This document shows, in pieces, positions 11,901 to 22,200 of a stretch of DNA of 64,000 bases. The first letter of the stretch is position 1; each line of letters starts with the position of its first letter. This stretch comes from Macrostomum hystrix (Eukaryota > Animalia > Platyhelminthes), in NCBI GenBank assembly GCA_950097015.1, contig CATNEN010000038.1:7564001-7628000 (forward strand), in the 5' to 3' direction. The translations under genes and the position numbers were made by a program. The notes under the pieces were generated by a model. The model worked only from the letters and a program-made list of their open reading frames with translations, searched no databases and was not told the origin of the DNA.

Positions 11901-14900
11901 GGAGAACACAGTTCTGATCTGGAGCAACTAAATCTTCAAGGCTACTGTCTCCATGGTGGTACTCAACTACTTTATTGATCAAATTCATGCTGAGTCTCAG
12001 ATCAGCGGTAGTAAGTGGAGCTGAGCTGTACCGCTGAGACAGTTGCAGCAACACTCCTAGGAAGTGCGTTATGTCAAAGCGCGAGGCAACTCCTGCAGCT
12101 CGAAGAAAGGGCATACATGAGCTGTCAGTGCATAATTCGGCAGCAAGGACGTAGAGAAATGGAGGAAATTCAGAGTCTCTTCTGAATTCCGACACCTGGC
12201 GAGGCTTCAGAAATTCTTCAGATGACCACACGATTTCAGGCACTTGAGTCACTAAAGCAGAGACTTGAGCTTGTCTTAGAGATCTAGAGTTCAATTGAGC
12301 ACTTAGATGTTGGTACACATCCCGGCAAACACGAAGAGTCCATTGATCGGTCACTTTTGAACGAGCCACAGCCACCAGCTGCTGCCATGAAATTTCGTAG
12401 GAAATCTGGTTGTAGCCCTTCACGCCAATTTTCGCTAAGAGCTTCTGTCGACTGCTGGCAGAAACCTTACTAAGTACCACAGAGTCCATAACGATTTGTG
12501 AGCCCGAAACTAAATTTCCACAATCCGGATCAAATAACTCAGTCGGCTGGAAAAGTTGAGATGCATGATACCGATCAGATAGCCAGCTGAAGCAGCAATA
12601 TTGTGGTTTTCTCATCGCAGGTAAAAACGATATGCTTTTCAGTTGATCAAAAGGGCGATTAAAATTGGTGCGATAATAATCCAAGTATGAAAGTAAAATT
12701 GTGGTTCGCTCGGATCTCTGAGGCTGTGGCAAACCTTTTATTGATTCGGCTCTCGCCAAAACTTCAGGCCAGGTGAGATCCACGCGAAGTCCGATTGATT
12801 GAAGTGCCTTCAATCGGTCTGCGGTTCTCAGTTCGCTGTGTGGAAATACCGGTTCTTCTGTCCCGAACAATCTGGCTGCATGACATCCGGGCTCCAGCAG
12901 CTGTGAGGGCTGGTGCAATGCGTTGCTAGTATTTGGAATGCAGTAACACTGTCTCATACGATTGAGGACATTGGGAGTCACTAACGTTGATGCTGGGCCC
13001 CAGATGTTGCTTCCGATGCGACTACCAGCGTCAAGAATAAATTTAAGTACCTTTAGGCAATCTGCATTGTGGGCTGACTGCCACAAACTCTGGACTTTCG
13101 ACACGAAATTTAACAGCAACGTCTCTCCTGACCATTGTCGCTGTAAAATCTTGCTTTTATGCTTTAGCTGCTCAGCAGTCCGGCGAACTTCGTCAGTCAG
13201 AGACGCCACACCCTCGTTCGCTGCAACGAGCTTCGTGGCCAGCCGGCAAAGAGATGCAGAAACCTCACCAAGTGCATGGATGCTGGGATCCAAGAACACG
13301 GTCTGACTGAGACTTTTCCAGCCGGATGATGTGTGAAAGATCGGAGTCTGGCCATCGAGTAAGACGCCAAAAAACTTTTCAATGAGAGGCCTCCACACGG
13401 CTTGGGTTGCACTTTCGAGTCGTGGCCAAAGATCTTGGGACACTTCTGGATTGACCAGCCTCATTCCTGCTAAAATCTCCAGAGCATCGATGTAGGCAGG
13501 ACAAATCAGCTCAGTGAGCAGCACTCGGTTCCACTGACCAAGACTCCACACGCCTTGCTTCTCGTCGACTGTGACCTCGTTGAGATGTCGCCGGTTTGAT
13601 GTGACGGAGAAGCTGGCGTTCAGAATCACTGGGAACGGATTTTCGACTGGCAGCGGCAGAAAGCAGAACAACAGCGATGCCGGCTGACTGTCCCGTGATA
13701 GCGGCACGACTTTATCGGACTGTTGGATGAGTACGGCCACTGATCCTACCGGAGCCAGTCCGTGACGACGCTGCTCCATAGCCATTGCGAGAGACGCTCC
13801 TGTTCCGACAGCTGAACATACAAGCCATACTCTGCTTGAGTCTTTCGTGCATAGTTTAAAGGTTTCTTTTGTCACTGGATTCAGCTGAACGTCAACCTCG
13901 ACGGTCATTTGACACTTGGACTCTCTAACCAGAGGATTCGCACTATTGGTTGTCAATTCGATGAGCTTCTCAGCCACCTTAAGCGTTGAGCTTTGAGCAG
14001 CGAACTCTTGATCAGCCACAGTGATTTCTGGTATGGACAGTTTCGGAACCGCAATCAAGTGTTTCTTGAAATAGCACAGTGGTCTCTTGCAAGCCGAGAA
14101 TATGAGTTGAGTCTTATTATTGGCATTTCTGGCTTCTGATGGCAGGAACAGACATCGGAACTTGCGTACAGTCTGTGTGAAAAGGAGCATTGTGTCAGCC
14201 TGCTCGGCTGCCAGTCTTAATAAGGCGTGCATCTCTGAATCTGAGTACACGCGTTCGCAAATCTTTGACTTTCGTGCTAGGGCCTCTGTGCGCAGAGGCA
14301 GCCGCAAGAGTGTACCGTTGAACTCGCCGTTCGAGGCGCGAAGGTCGCAGCCGGCCACACTTGCGAACGGTGCGAACTGGTTCGCGTACCGATCAAGCAG
14401 GTTCGGCTGTGCTCTGAAGTCCAACTCGACTCCCGTATCCCGTTCGCCCTGGCTGGCGTACACGGCTTCCAAAAAGCCCTCACCCCTGCGCTCGCCATGC
14501 GGATCGAGAACCAGCATGCGGTGTCGGCTGAGGATCTGGGGCACGTCAGTCAGGTTGTAGACCGAGTTGAAGCCCAGGCCGAACCGACCAACTTTGGCCG
14601 TCTTCTCCAGCTTGGTGGCTCCGCTCAGCTGGAGAATGTTGTCAAAGTCTTCGTCGCTGAAGGTGGCGTTGTTGTGAGCCCACAGCGCCCGACCTTGACA
14701 GTCGGCCATCGCTGGATCGAGAAGGGACTCGGCGCCTAGCCAGTTGGCGTTTTCCCGACAGTCGTAAACCAGCGTCACCTCGGTGGCGCCCGCATCGTCT
14801 GCGTTCTGCAGCAGCTCCTTGGGCACCGCCAGACCGTCCGAGTATTCGTCGAGCAGTCGCTTGAGCCGCCTTGTGAGCGGCTCGGACTGACCGCGCAGTC

Positions 14901-14925
14901 GCAGACCACCTGAGGCCTGAGCCAT
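5947..14925 (-). CDS. SACS: Sacsin-like protein (~2992 aa, single coding exon): two SRR (Hsp90-like HATPase) repeats, degenerate J-like region, C-terminal HEPN domain
   Basis: Uninterrupted 9-kb ORF; the first ATG is at 14925 (the track starts at an upstream TTG, 14955). SRR signatures GQSEPLTRRLKRLLDEY...KELLQNADDAGAT...GRFGLGFNSVYNLTD and FGQHEDLTTRLQNIISGYP...KELIQNADDAGAS...GQYGIGFNCVYNITD, plus LPLP/NGHF motifs. C-terminal AARYLKTS...YNWACYISWQAAEKALKALL...CRYP is a HEPN domain. Confidence 0.93.
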   Translation of the reverse strand: MAQASGGLRLRGQSEPLTRRLKRLLDEYSDGLAVPKELLQNADDAGATEVTLVYDCRENANWLGAESLLDPAMADCQGRALWAHNNATFSDEDFDNILQLSGATKLEKTAKVGRFGLGFNSVYNLTDVPQILSRHRMLVLDPHGERRGEGFLEAVYASQGERDTGVELDFRAQPNLLDRYANQFAPFASVAGCDLRASNGEFNGTLLRLPLRTEALARKSKICERVYSDSEMHALLRLAAEQADTMLLFTQTVRKFRCLFLPSEARNANNKTQLIFSACKRPLCYFKKHLIAVPKLSIPEITVADQEFAAQSSTLKVAEKLIELTTNSANPLVRESKCQMTVEVDVQLNPVTKETFKLCTKDSSRVWLVCSAVGTGASLAMAMEQRRHGLAPVGSVAVLIQQSDKVVPLSRDSQPASLLFCFLPLPVENPFPVILNASFSVTSNRRHLNEVTVDEKQGVWSLGQWNRVLLTELICPAYIDALEILAGMRLVNPEVSQDLWPRLESATQAVWRPLIEKFFGVLLDGQTPIFHTSSGWKSLSQTVFLDPSIHALGEVSASLCRLATKLVAANEGVASLTDEVRRTAEQLKHKSKILQRQWSGETLLLNFVSKVQSLWQSAHNADCLKVLKFILDAGSRIGSNIWGPASTLVTPNVLNRMRQCYCIPNTSNALHQPSQLLEPGCHAARLFGTEEPVFPHSELRTADRLKALQSIGLRVDLTWPEVLARAESIKGLPQPQRSERTTILLSYLDYYRTNFNRPFDQLKSISFLPAMRKPQYCCFSWLSDRYHASQLFQPTELFDPDCGNLVSGSQIVMDSVVLSKVSASSRQKLLAKIGVKGYNQISYEISWQQLVAVARSKVTDQWTLRVCRDVYQHLSAQLNSRSLRQAQVSALVTQVPEIVWSSEEFLKPRQVSEFRRDSEFPPFLYVLAAELCTDSSCMPFLRAAGVASRFDITHFLGVLLQLSQRYSSAPLTTADLRLSMNLINKVVEYHHGDSSLEDLVAPDQNCVLRPKNQLCFNNLPWLTTVQLPNGTYFCHKDISYGLCEKLGIPSQRESMLAEWMHPLPFGQHEDLTTRLQNIISGYPLGIELFKELIQNADDAGASEIRFILDRRSHGKEKLLSDEWKDLQGPALLVYNNSVFSDADIKGIQHLGLGSKRDDAWKAGQYGIGFNCVYNITDVPSFLSDGKVFCVMDPHCRYMPGANFSTPGGMFKGLERLKQIFADVFAGYYPEGPSHVGGTVFRLPLRSKTAAAHSLICENAVSADEIKSLFQQFKNELGRTMLFLANVRQVQLSEVSEGGQLTKLLTINSETVDMSGDFASFREECRSASQTLLSSGAQLVDLPLSSVIYELTTTCSGTFATSKQSKWLVRQQLGGPSKVDVQLRQQVASGKWRLLPKAGVAADLTALKDCKFVGHVYCLLPLPVFTDLPVHLNGHFILDPSRRSLWKADGDADYKEQWNQLLATQLLPECYGRLLVAARKFFNQVDKLGEFYRLFPEYVTNGPTLWDELVCVFFQKVFNDRLEIFPVRHDSQKQLRWLPLAQSSSDVDGGAGFLLPHNLSDFLQQVLRNLSFPLIFPDQVCLRQSLQSCRLDFVPVADAVSIAAFLSGSASKALCDSLPNDVSRTSFASSEAVVGILAYLAGELQDLQELKLLHGTPLNLSSGSRLTVFGFGQNPLFLTEFYDLFLHKEAKHEFAHQENVLALSDEERSDLIDANLFRRFFIKDFFNILRREHPSVCNTNNLMVPKSDFGMTEEAIEKWLARAWEFLNCECSDSDNSMAVLLDPVFGGSAHLVPISESSFASISQAPCIFKPVKVNLDDCSRKLQETLQQIKAPSLWGSNLQLIDKICANVKKPESMLRVIQFALSENTNVVPLNESQAVNVLLYIQNYWQQLSQSQGKASLLSIVRTWPVFVISDGRCCALNSDQACILPAELVSDEMDKWKSFSRAIFLKDNVSLHTLYKKLKCDKMAELQVYVKFILPVFSQFSDETKKKHLKRLCDLIWSFDRTKLENAELYKELEWSLQRVELIPVERSWKTVRSFFDENVQIFKDFLGPESFLPAPYNNERWRKLMKISGLIIECDGETVISFANQVAAQGATGGTDEVLRKSELLLEFIDSVDFKSHRSDAVVFQLAQIPFIIANSDDVLRSLCASFDAQMSSLSQCCSFDSRYICWTVKFYAPSWVNSGSCFVKYMQTVANAEFLRHLAKLFSTPTFTTSDLQSDCLTRRLDIMRSVYAKLSEIHRSGHVNQISAFNQVACIIIPSQKGHYFVTPKRVTFDKKSKILPYIVSCPKEFVHFRNLFTALGATHAATLEQLRLALELIRDQQQPEFLSEKQLFSVSHIISNIIVLLERGEKLQFQSGKVLFLPTLCKRHGNANEALQDFFELVDCRQLTISDSEEYGKRLVDTQELRLLDLSFCKLGTDKERRLYFSLNTDMGLKLLSKNVSEKLISDINKLCEHGEDCQLRLCVEDELNHPVLHKCIVSILLLEQDGPDTHGDEKLKAVKSLISCFSIVCLSELKTRLVVSGAEQPDSEGEKSFLVAGEKLLMNHQSAQDENEENQKQLWRIDFSEAIQQILSNGFNLTADQKRYLTLVLMMDNPDGMLELLSRSKISLHESRLQQFAEPSFSNDSLLGEGVPDIDHCLLRQLPDKPKDLLNRTVAFRTPEGGFVYAKVVERHPGDSDNPWTAEVTIEIGGYRRRVTTSDLYSIEEISVSEILESPPSGQDLRKTVDQLLCSAAALPTEQQRQAFKRVLAQYSKSEDSFNEVRGYAANHEWTHQFNNFVDEWHDEVVHVTRYRQILIAEEIVFTVRTRHYRRGGGRRVGGGGSVGFGGGVWNSSTTSLSRGGRSSNQCVTRALPNDAARYLKTSQHDLRTASRLAESGEYNWACYISWQAAEKALKALLISQGQPIERSHQLSQHLCCVSGSDLQISLTDHVASLARAIVDDCRYPSERSRPRIPSEVFGAEQAHQALLGAEGVERCVSSVIGEASV

Positions 14926-16009
14926 CAAATGCTTTTGATGAGATTGATGACGCAAAATCTAAACTTGTTGATTACTCTGAAATTTTTAATTAAACTGAGT
15001 TCTAGTACACTGGGTGAGTACATCAAAAACTATTTTGTGAGCAAGCAACCTGAGGAAAAAGAATTATAAGCAACAAAACTACAGCCGTTGCGGAGCATAT
15101 GTACTAAAGCAAATCGTGCTATTAATTTGCACTCTTTTGCATGCTTTTTGTGCACTCTGCATATTAACTATGACAGTTAGACTGCATTGTAGCTCATCTG
15201 ATGATTGTTCTGAGAAACTGGTAATTTTTGGGCTAGCAGTCACCCTGTGACTTGAGGCAAAAACTGTGACAGCGGAGACAAAGGTAGGCGGCCAGAGGCC
15301 GGAGCGCAGGGAAAGGGACCCCGGTAGAAACGGGGCTGAAGGAGAGCAAAAAGGGCCTAGTACGTACGCATGCAACACGCATTACTCCTGTAGAGAAACG
15401 CACGCCAGCCAGCTTCTAACATAAACTTTCTAAACCTAAGCAATTCCTTAAAAATTTCCTGGAAATCTGCATGTACAGCACCCAACGCAGCGAGATAGAA
15501 CAATACAATAGTATCTACCTCGTACTTAATCAGCAAGCAGCGCAGTAAAATCCAAGCTAGGCTCACGCTTCTTTCCCAACCCAGGGTTTGGGTTAAGTAA
15601 ACATCTACGAGTATTAAACGGAGAGCGTACTCAAATTGAACCATTAATACTATTCAAGCACTCCTCGAAAGAAGAAAAACAACTTTGCTCATAATTGCGA
15701 CGGAATCTATCCTTTGAACCTTGGGTTTTTTTTCCAGCAACTGTCTTTCTTTCTTCTTTCTTTCCTTCTTTCTTTCTTCCAAGAATTCATTCTAGCTGGC
15801 TATACTCATATTTAACTGAAGTGAGCAGCAGGTTTAATCTTGGTATTTCACATTTTTCAGCATTGGCGTACCCATGATTTTATTTTCATGGCGCCACAAC
15901 TTGGGGCCACAAGTCTGCAGGATAAAACAAAAAAACTATAATTACCGATAAGCCACAATTGTGCAATTCAAAGGGTGCTCTACCACGGACATGCTAAGAG
16001 TTTGTTGCT

Positions 16010-16652
16010 GATTGAGCTTGGGCGCCATGACCGGCGAGCTTGGGCGCCATCACCAGGAGCTTGGGCTCCATCACGAGGAGCTTTTGCGAAATGAATGGGA
16101 GCTTGGGCACCATCACTAGGAGCTTGGGAACCATCACTAGGAGCTAGGGAACCATCACTAGGAGCTTGGGAACCATCACTAGGAGCTTGGGAACCATCAC
16201 TAGGAGCTTGGGAACCATCATCGGGAGCTTGGGAACCATCACTAGGAGCTTGGGAACCATCACTAGGAGCTTGGGAATCATCATCGGGAGCTTGGGAACC
16301 ATCGCTAGGAGCTTGGGCGCCATCATCGGGAGCTTGGGAACCATCACTAGGAGCTTGGGAACCATCACTAGGAGCTTGGGAACCATCACTAGGAGCTTGG
16401 GAACCATCACTAGGAGCTTGGGAACCATCACTAGGAGCTTGGGAACCATCACTAGGAGCTTGGGAATCATCATCGGGAGCTTGGGAACCATCGCTAGGAG
16501 CTTGGGCGCCATCATCGGGAGCTTGGGAACCATCACTAGGAGCTTGGGAACCATCACTAGGAGCTTGGGAACCATCACTAGGAGCTTGGGAACCATCACT
16601 GGAGCTTGTGAACCATCACTAGTAGCTTGGGCACCATCACTAAGAGCTTGGG
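16010..16652. repeat. 21-bp minisatellite (GGAGCTTGGGAACCATCACTA)n
   Basis: About 30 near-identical units, which generate the repetitive ORFs in the track. Confidence 0.95.
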
Positions 16653-18076
16653 TAAGCCCGAAATTATGTTTAATATATAAGGTGCGACTTTGATTCAGGC
16701 AGAGCTAAGTAAAAAGTAAAGCAGGGAGAAACGAAACTTTGCTCACCATGTGTAACTAGGCCTTATATATTATATTTTAAACATCAATTAATGCCAATCA
16801 ACCAGTGATGAACTAAGTTTTATTGATAAAGCTCAAAATGAATTATGACTAGTTCAGAAAACATATTATTATATAAATGTTAATCCAAACTCTGACTAGC
16901 TAGCTTAGCTATTGCGACAGTTACTATTTTTCATAAAATAGAGTGAAATAAAAAACAAGACACATAAAGTACAATCTATAAATTTCGCAATTAATTTACC
17001 ATCACTGCACATATAGAGCAGATGACTACATGCTGATAGTTTATGGAGAAATGGATAGCAAAATCATTCATTTTCTTCCTTTTAGATAATGAATTTCTGA
17101 TGCACTATAGAAAAAACTGAAATGTATTATAAGTAGCTATACTACTAGAATATATCACACAGTACTACAAACAAAAGGACATTAAAATGATAATTTGCTA
17201 TAGCTAGCCAAGGGATAGGTAAATTAAAGTTTATACATCTAGGCCTACATATTTGAGTACAAGCTGGTAGCAACTTATGTGAGTTTATATAGTTGTGTAA
17301 TTCACAACTGTGAATAAGTTGCTGTTAGTTGTTAGAGACGAATTTATCATCTCAGTCCTTTATTGTCATTTATAGTAGAAAAAATATATCTCAATAAAAG
17401 TTTTCGAATTTTCGAAGGTATGGATAGCAATCTTTCATGCTATGCTTTCGTACTAGATTATGTAATATTAGATACGAAATATGATACAAACAAGTCTGTT
17501 TTAAAACCTAAATACTATAAATTATATTGGACGCTTTTTAAAAGGTCACTTACTATTTTACTATACCGCTAGGTAATCTCAGCGTCAAAGGCAAGTCTCG
17601 AAGTATGCGCAGGTTCACAAACTTGCATATGGCCTGAAACCGAAAAATGTGGTGTCTATAAATACATATTAAGTAGACATTTTCACTCTCTTATGACGAA
17701 TTTTTACATAACAATTTTTATAAAAAAACAAATGTTTTTTTAACTCTGGACACAATGCGCAGGCGAAATTTTTCATTTGTTTATCTGAGTACTTAACAAA
17801 CACGTAAACTCGAAAAATCTGTTTAAAGGCTTCACAAAACTAATAAATTATGTGTTTTTTGCCGCTTTTGAAGCTCTTGCCTATCCTTTCTACTTGTAGC
17901 GTATGTCTTTTTTAATTGCACCAATATTACATGAGCACTAATATCTGGTATACATGCACATTGTCTTCGAGCGATATCACAATAAAAAACCTCGCAAAGT
18001 AATTAGTCGCACAACATCAGATTTTAACATCTTACATCAGGTACGTATTTATAGAAAAAAAACTTTGAAACTTCAG

Positions 18077-18417
18077 GGGGTGTTTGGCAGAGCGGTTAAC
18101 GCGTTTGCCTCTTGAGCCAAGGTCCCTGAGATCGATTTCGCGGCGAGGCCATTCATTTAGGGCGCAGCCGCGGAGAGATGGAATTTTCGTGCAATCTACG
18201 CCCTTCAGGGCCAACCTTAAAGGTACAGTGAAGTATACACTGCCTGAATTTGAGAGAGTCACGGCAGATGTGCGAGCATGTGCCTGCGTGCGTGTGCCTT
18301 TATGCTCAGAAGCCAGCGAAATGCGGGATGCATTTGCTTTCTCGCCGGCTGCAGGTCTATAGTGTCACCAATTAATTATGTGTCATTGCTTGCAGCCCTG
18401 CTGCAATTATTATTATT
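18077..18417 (+). mobile_element. tRNA-derived SINE family 1, near full-length copy
   Basis: A-box TGGCAGAGCGG and B-box-like GATCGATTTC, a body shared with other copies, and an (ATT)n tail. Other copies lie at ~3605, 20840, 42757, 44505, 51172, 52605, 59390, 60948 and 62806. Confidence 0.85.
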
Positions 18418-19210
18418 TTCGAAGCTTATATTATCACTATAATATGAATGCTGGTGAAAGGAAGTAAAATTACAATTTCAAATGTCATTACTGCTCGAGC
18501 TTGGGCCTAAATACGAAGATGACCGCGATTTCGGCTCCATGCAGGCCCCGGCCCAGGGTCAAGCTCCCTTTAACAACCTCTGCCGGCCAACGAATTGTCT
18601 CCACCGTTGTGGATCCTCTTTAGTCGTCAGGCAGGGCCTTTTTAGATTGCCGCAACTGGTGTGGAAGCAGTCAATCAGACGCTGTTTCTTGTAAACGTCT
18701 TGTTCGTCGCCAATCAATTGAAACGTATTAATACAGACTTATCATGCAGTCGGTGTGACAAGCACATCGCTGGAAAATTTCAGACGAGCTCTGAGACGGG
18801 CTATTAAATTTATTTGCTTAATAAAAAACAATTAGCCCTAATGATTTTAGTCAGAAAATATACTTACTCAGTGAAAATCTATTGATAGTGTGTCTAAAAT
18901 AGAAAAATCCAAAGCATTCTCAGTTTAAAATAGCATTGGTTTTCGTCTTTTTAACCTGCAGTTATAACATCAGATCACTTGCGGTAAAGCAACTTAATCT
19001 TGGAGAAATTTTCAACTGAAGTGAGCAGAAGTATGGGGCGTAAATTACAACTCCAGGATTTCTATACAATTTTCTTCAGCTCGTGGCTTTTATAGCTTTT
19101 TTAGAAATTTCGCAAGGGAAAATGTGAACGGACCAGGCTACTGTAGAGATTAATTTAATCACTACTCGAGCGATGGTTAAGCAAGTTCTGAATGTTCAAA
19201 TTTGATCGCC

Positions 19211-22200
19211 TCAGGAACTAGCTGACGGCTTCTCGTCTGCGGCCACTGCTGGCGCCGAGGACGACGGTCCGGCGACGGCGGCCGCCGCCGACTGCCTCCG
19301 CCTGGCCAGCTGGCTCTGCTTCAGGGCCTCCTGCTCAAGTCGGCGAGCCTCTTCGGCCTCGCGGTGGGCGATGATCTGCTCAACCTGCGTCAGGAACTGG
19401 CGGATTAACGGGTCGGGATGGTTAAAATGGATGCGCTTGTTTTTTTAAAACAAGTAAGACCATGAGATTTACAGCAGCGATCATGCCATAATGACCTGTC
19501 ATTGCCTAAATCCCTGAATATATAAGAAATTACCATAGCCATTTTTAGAAAATGATACGGGAGAGAAAATGTCTATGGCCATCAACTTGAAATTCCCTCT
19601 TACTGCGCTAGTATCGATACTTAGCTTCAAATATTAGTCGACTATACTAGTCTATGGCCAAACATTAGTTTTACATATTTTATGAGTCAAAAGTCAATAA
19701 ACTGGGGGTAGGGGATAAGGAACAGAACTTACAAGTACGCCTAAATTAATTTTTTCCAGATAAAGGGCGCTGCGAACTACAAAAACAACAACTTCCATAC
19801 CTGGCTTACATTTGAAAAATATCGTAAAATTATCGTGAAAAAAAGATAAAATTGGCTTCAAAGACGGGGTACGGCTCTTTGTGAGGCAGTTAAACCTACT
19901 TTATATGCGTATTTTAATTCTGACATCGGGGGTAATAATTCAACAGACGTTTATAATGGCGTCAGCTTAAAAACAGGAGACACACCTCAGGCTTCCTAGT
20001 GCCCTTTTTCTTCATGAAATCGATAAAAGACCGAGCCCCGTGCAACGAAGATAGCGTCTCGTTCATCTCCTGCGCCCTCTGGCGAGCCTCCAACTGCTTC
20101 GTGTCCTTTCGCTCCTCCGGATCCTCCAGCGGCTGCCCGGCTGGCAGTTTCCGCCAGACCTCGGGCTCCAAGTACCAGGCACCGTAGCGGAACTTCATCC
20201 AGCCGGGGTCGCTGGGGTCGCCAGTCTCCTTGCCCAGTCGGCGGAGGTACTCGCGCTCCATTTCGGCCTCCTCGCGATCCTGATGCCGCTGCGGCGGCAT
20301 CGCGATGTTCTGGCGCAGCTCCGGCGGGATGCTGGTCAGCTCGACAACGTGGATTGGCACGGACAGGGCCGGCTTGGTCTCGTAGCCGCTGGCGAAGAGG
20401 CTCATGACCGTGCTCTCCTCGATGTTGTTGGCCTCGCCGCCAAGTGAGGCGACCCAGTCGCAAAAGTCCTTTGTGACCTATGGATTTGCATTCGCCAGGT
20501 TGGTGTGTATTGTATTTTACTCTTCCACTGGCCGTCTTATCTGTGTTCAATCTGCGGTCTGAGACGACAGCAGAGGTGACAAGGTAGCCAAGGGAGGGGG
20601 GCAAGTTGAGCCTACGCCAACTCCCCCCCAATCGGCTGATGAACCTGTGTGGTGCACCCTGGTAGTTGGACGCCCTAGTAGTGGCGGCCTGGTAATGGCG
20701 CCCCAAAAGGCGCAGCCCCCCCAGAAAAAATCCTGGCTACGCAATTGGACGTAAGGACGCAATCTCAACTTAGGCTGAGATTCGAACTATGAACCACAGA
20801 CCTGCAGACAGCGAGGTAGCAGTTCTGCCAATTGCAAAGACACTGTACGCAGGCACACGCTCACACAGGTGTGTACATCTGCCCTGACTTTCTCATCGTC
20901 AGGTAGTGTACATTCTTACTGTGCCTTGGAAGCTGACCCTCAAGGGCGTAAATTGTACGACAAGCCTTCTCTCCGCGGCTGCGCCTCAAATAAATCTAGC
21001 TTCGCCACGGAATCGAGCTAAGGGACCTTGGTGCGAGAGACAAATTCGTTAACCGCTCTTCCACTCACCCCTGCAAGGCAAGGATGCCAATTTAAAGTAG
21101 CAACTCAGAGGAAGTACCTTTAAAAACGTTTCTCAGTTTTCAACATGCCAGAAGAGGAGACCATGATGTTTAATGACGAGACATTAGAGCAGCCTCTTTA
21201 CCTTTTCAATGTGCGGATCCCTGGCCGGTTCCTGTCGGAGTCTGACGTCAGCGTCACGCCCGGCAGCGGTTGCAGCGGCCTCGTCCCGCTTCTTGATCCA
21301 CGAGTAGAAATGGCGACCGTCAACCGACTTGCCGCTCTTCAGCGATCCGTTACCGCCGCCGTTGGTATCGGCGTTGGTCTGTACCTCCTGGTGCCGAGTG
21401 CTCACCCGATTCTGGGCGTCCGCGCTCAGCAGAGCCGCTTCGTCAACACCCTCAGTCTCCAAGAGCGTCATCTCAGGATCCAGCAGGTCCACTACGTCGT
21501 CGTACACCTGTTATGTAGACAATCAGATTGACTAGTAAGAAAGTTGTTTCCAAATTTTGCAAATATATGCAGACCATGGAGGTCGTGGGTTCGATTCCTG
21601 ACTCAACTGGAGCAATCTGTGTCCTTTAGCTGGGGTAATTGTACCAGCATTAGCTGGGGTAATTGAGGGTTTGGTGCGGAGTCCATGGACTGAACATCTG
21701 TACGGAGCATTCAGATGCGCTGTGCAATAGCTGCGACTGTGCTGTCAGCTTCTCATTTGACCAGATTGGAGCAGGTTTAGTTTAATCAGTTATTACTATT
21801 ATTATTATCATTAATTAGAGGTTAGTAACTCCAAGTTTTATTTGCTCAAGCGTCACCTCAGGAGGCACAGATTCCTCAAGATGCGGATACAGAGCCAGCG
21901 GATGTTGCACCAAGCCGTACTCTAGCTCAGAAATGTGCTGCCGTTGCTTTCTCTGCAACGGAGTCTGCTTTGTGAAGCAAGTTTCTTCCTTTGTGAAGCG
22001 GCGGCCATTCACGCTCTGTTTAATTGTAGACGTTCCAGACTCCTGCGTCTTTAGAGTTGGACCGAGACCGGCGTTAGGATTCTAAAAAATAAATATTTTC
22101 CAAATCGTGTGACACCAGAATGCATATTAATTTTCTGGCTTGAATCAGTGCCATTCGGTTTTATGTAAATACTAGAAACTTACTCTGATCACCACGGATC

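Noticed and set aside
5955-14739. Short plus-strand and alternative-frame ORFs overlapping sacsin (likewise antisense ORFs over SLK, FAM47 and IMMP2L exons)
   Set aside because: Shadow ORFs of real coding sequence.
15190-15240. CTGATGA...GAAAC-TG-GTA (minimal hammerhead-like) and an Sm-site-like AATTTTTGG upstream of sacsin
   Set aside because: Stems I and II are too weak, and there is no snRNA or SL-RNA context or Penelope element nearby.
16095-16693. Repetitive ORFs (GAWEPSL, MVPKLLV, GTITRSL) and similar ORFs at 24168, 28110, 33007-33652, 46992, 48420-49138, 53919 and 55877
   Set aside because: By-products of stop-free minisatellites that are open in several frames and on both strands.
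18482-18720. Moderately GC-rich block; the minus frame contains KEDPQRWRQFV, reminiscent of an RTE LINE C-terminus
   Set aside because: The similarity is too short to support a call.
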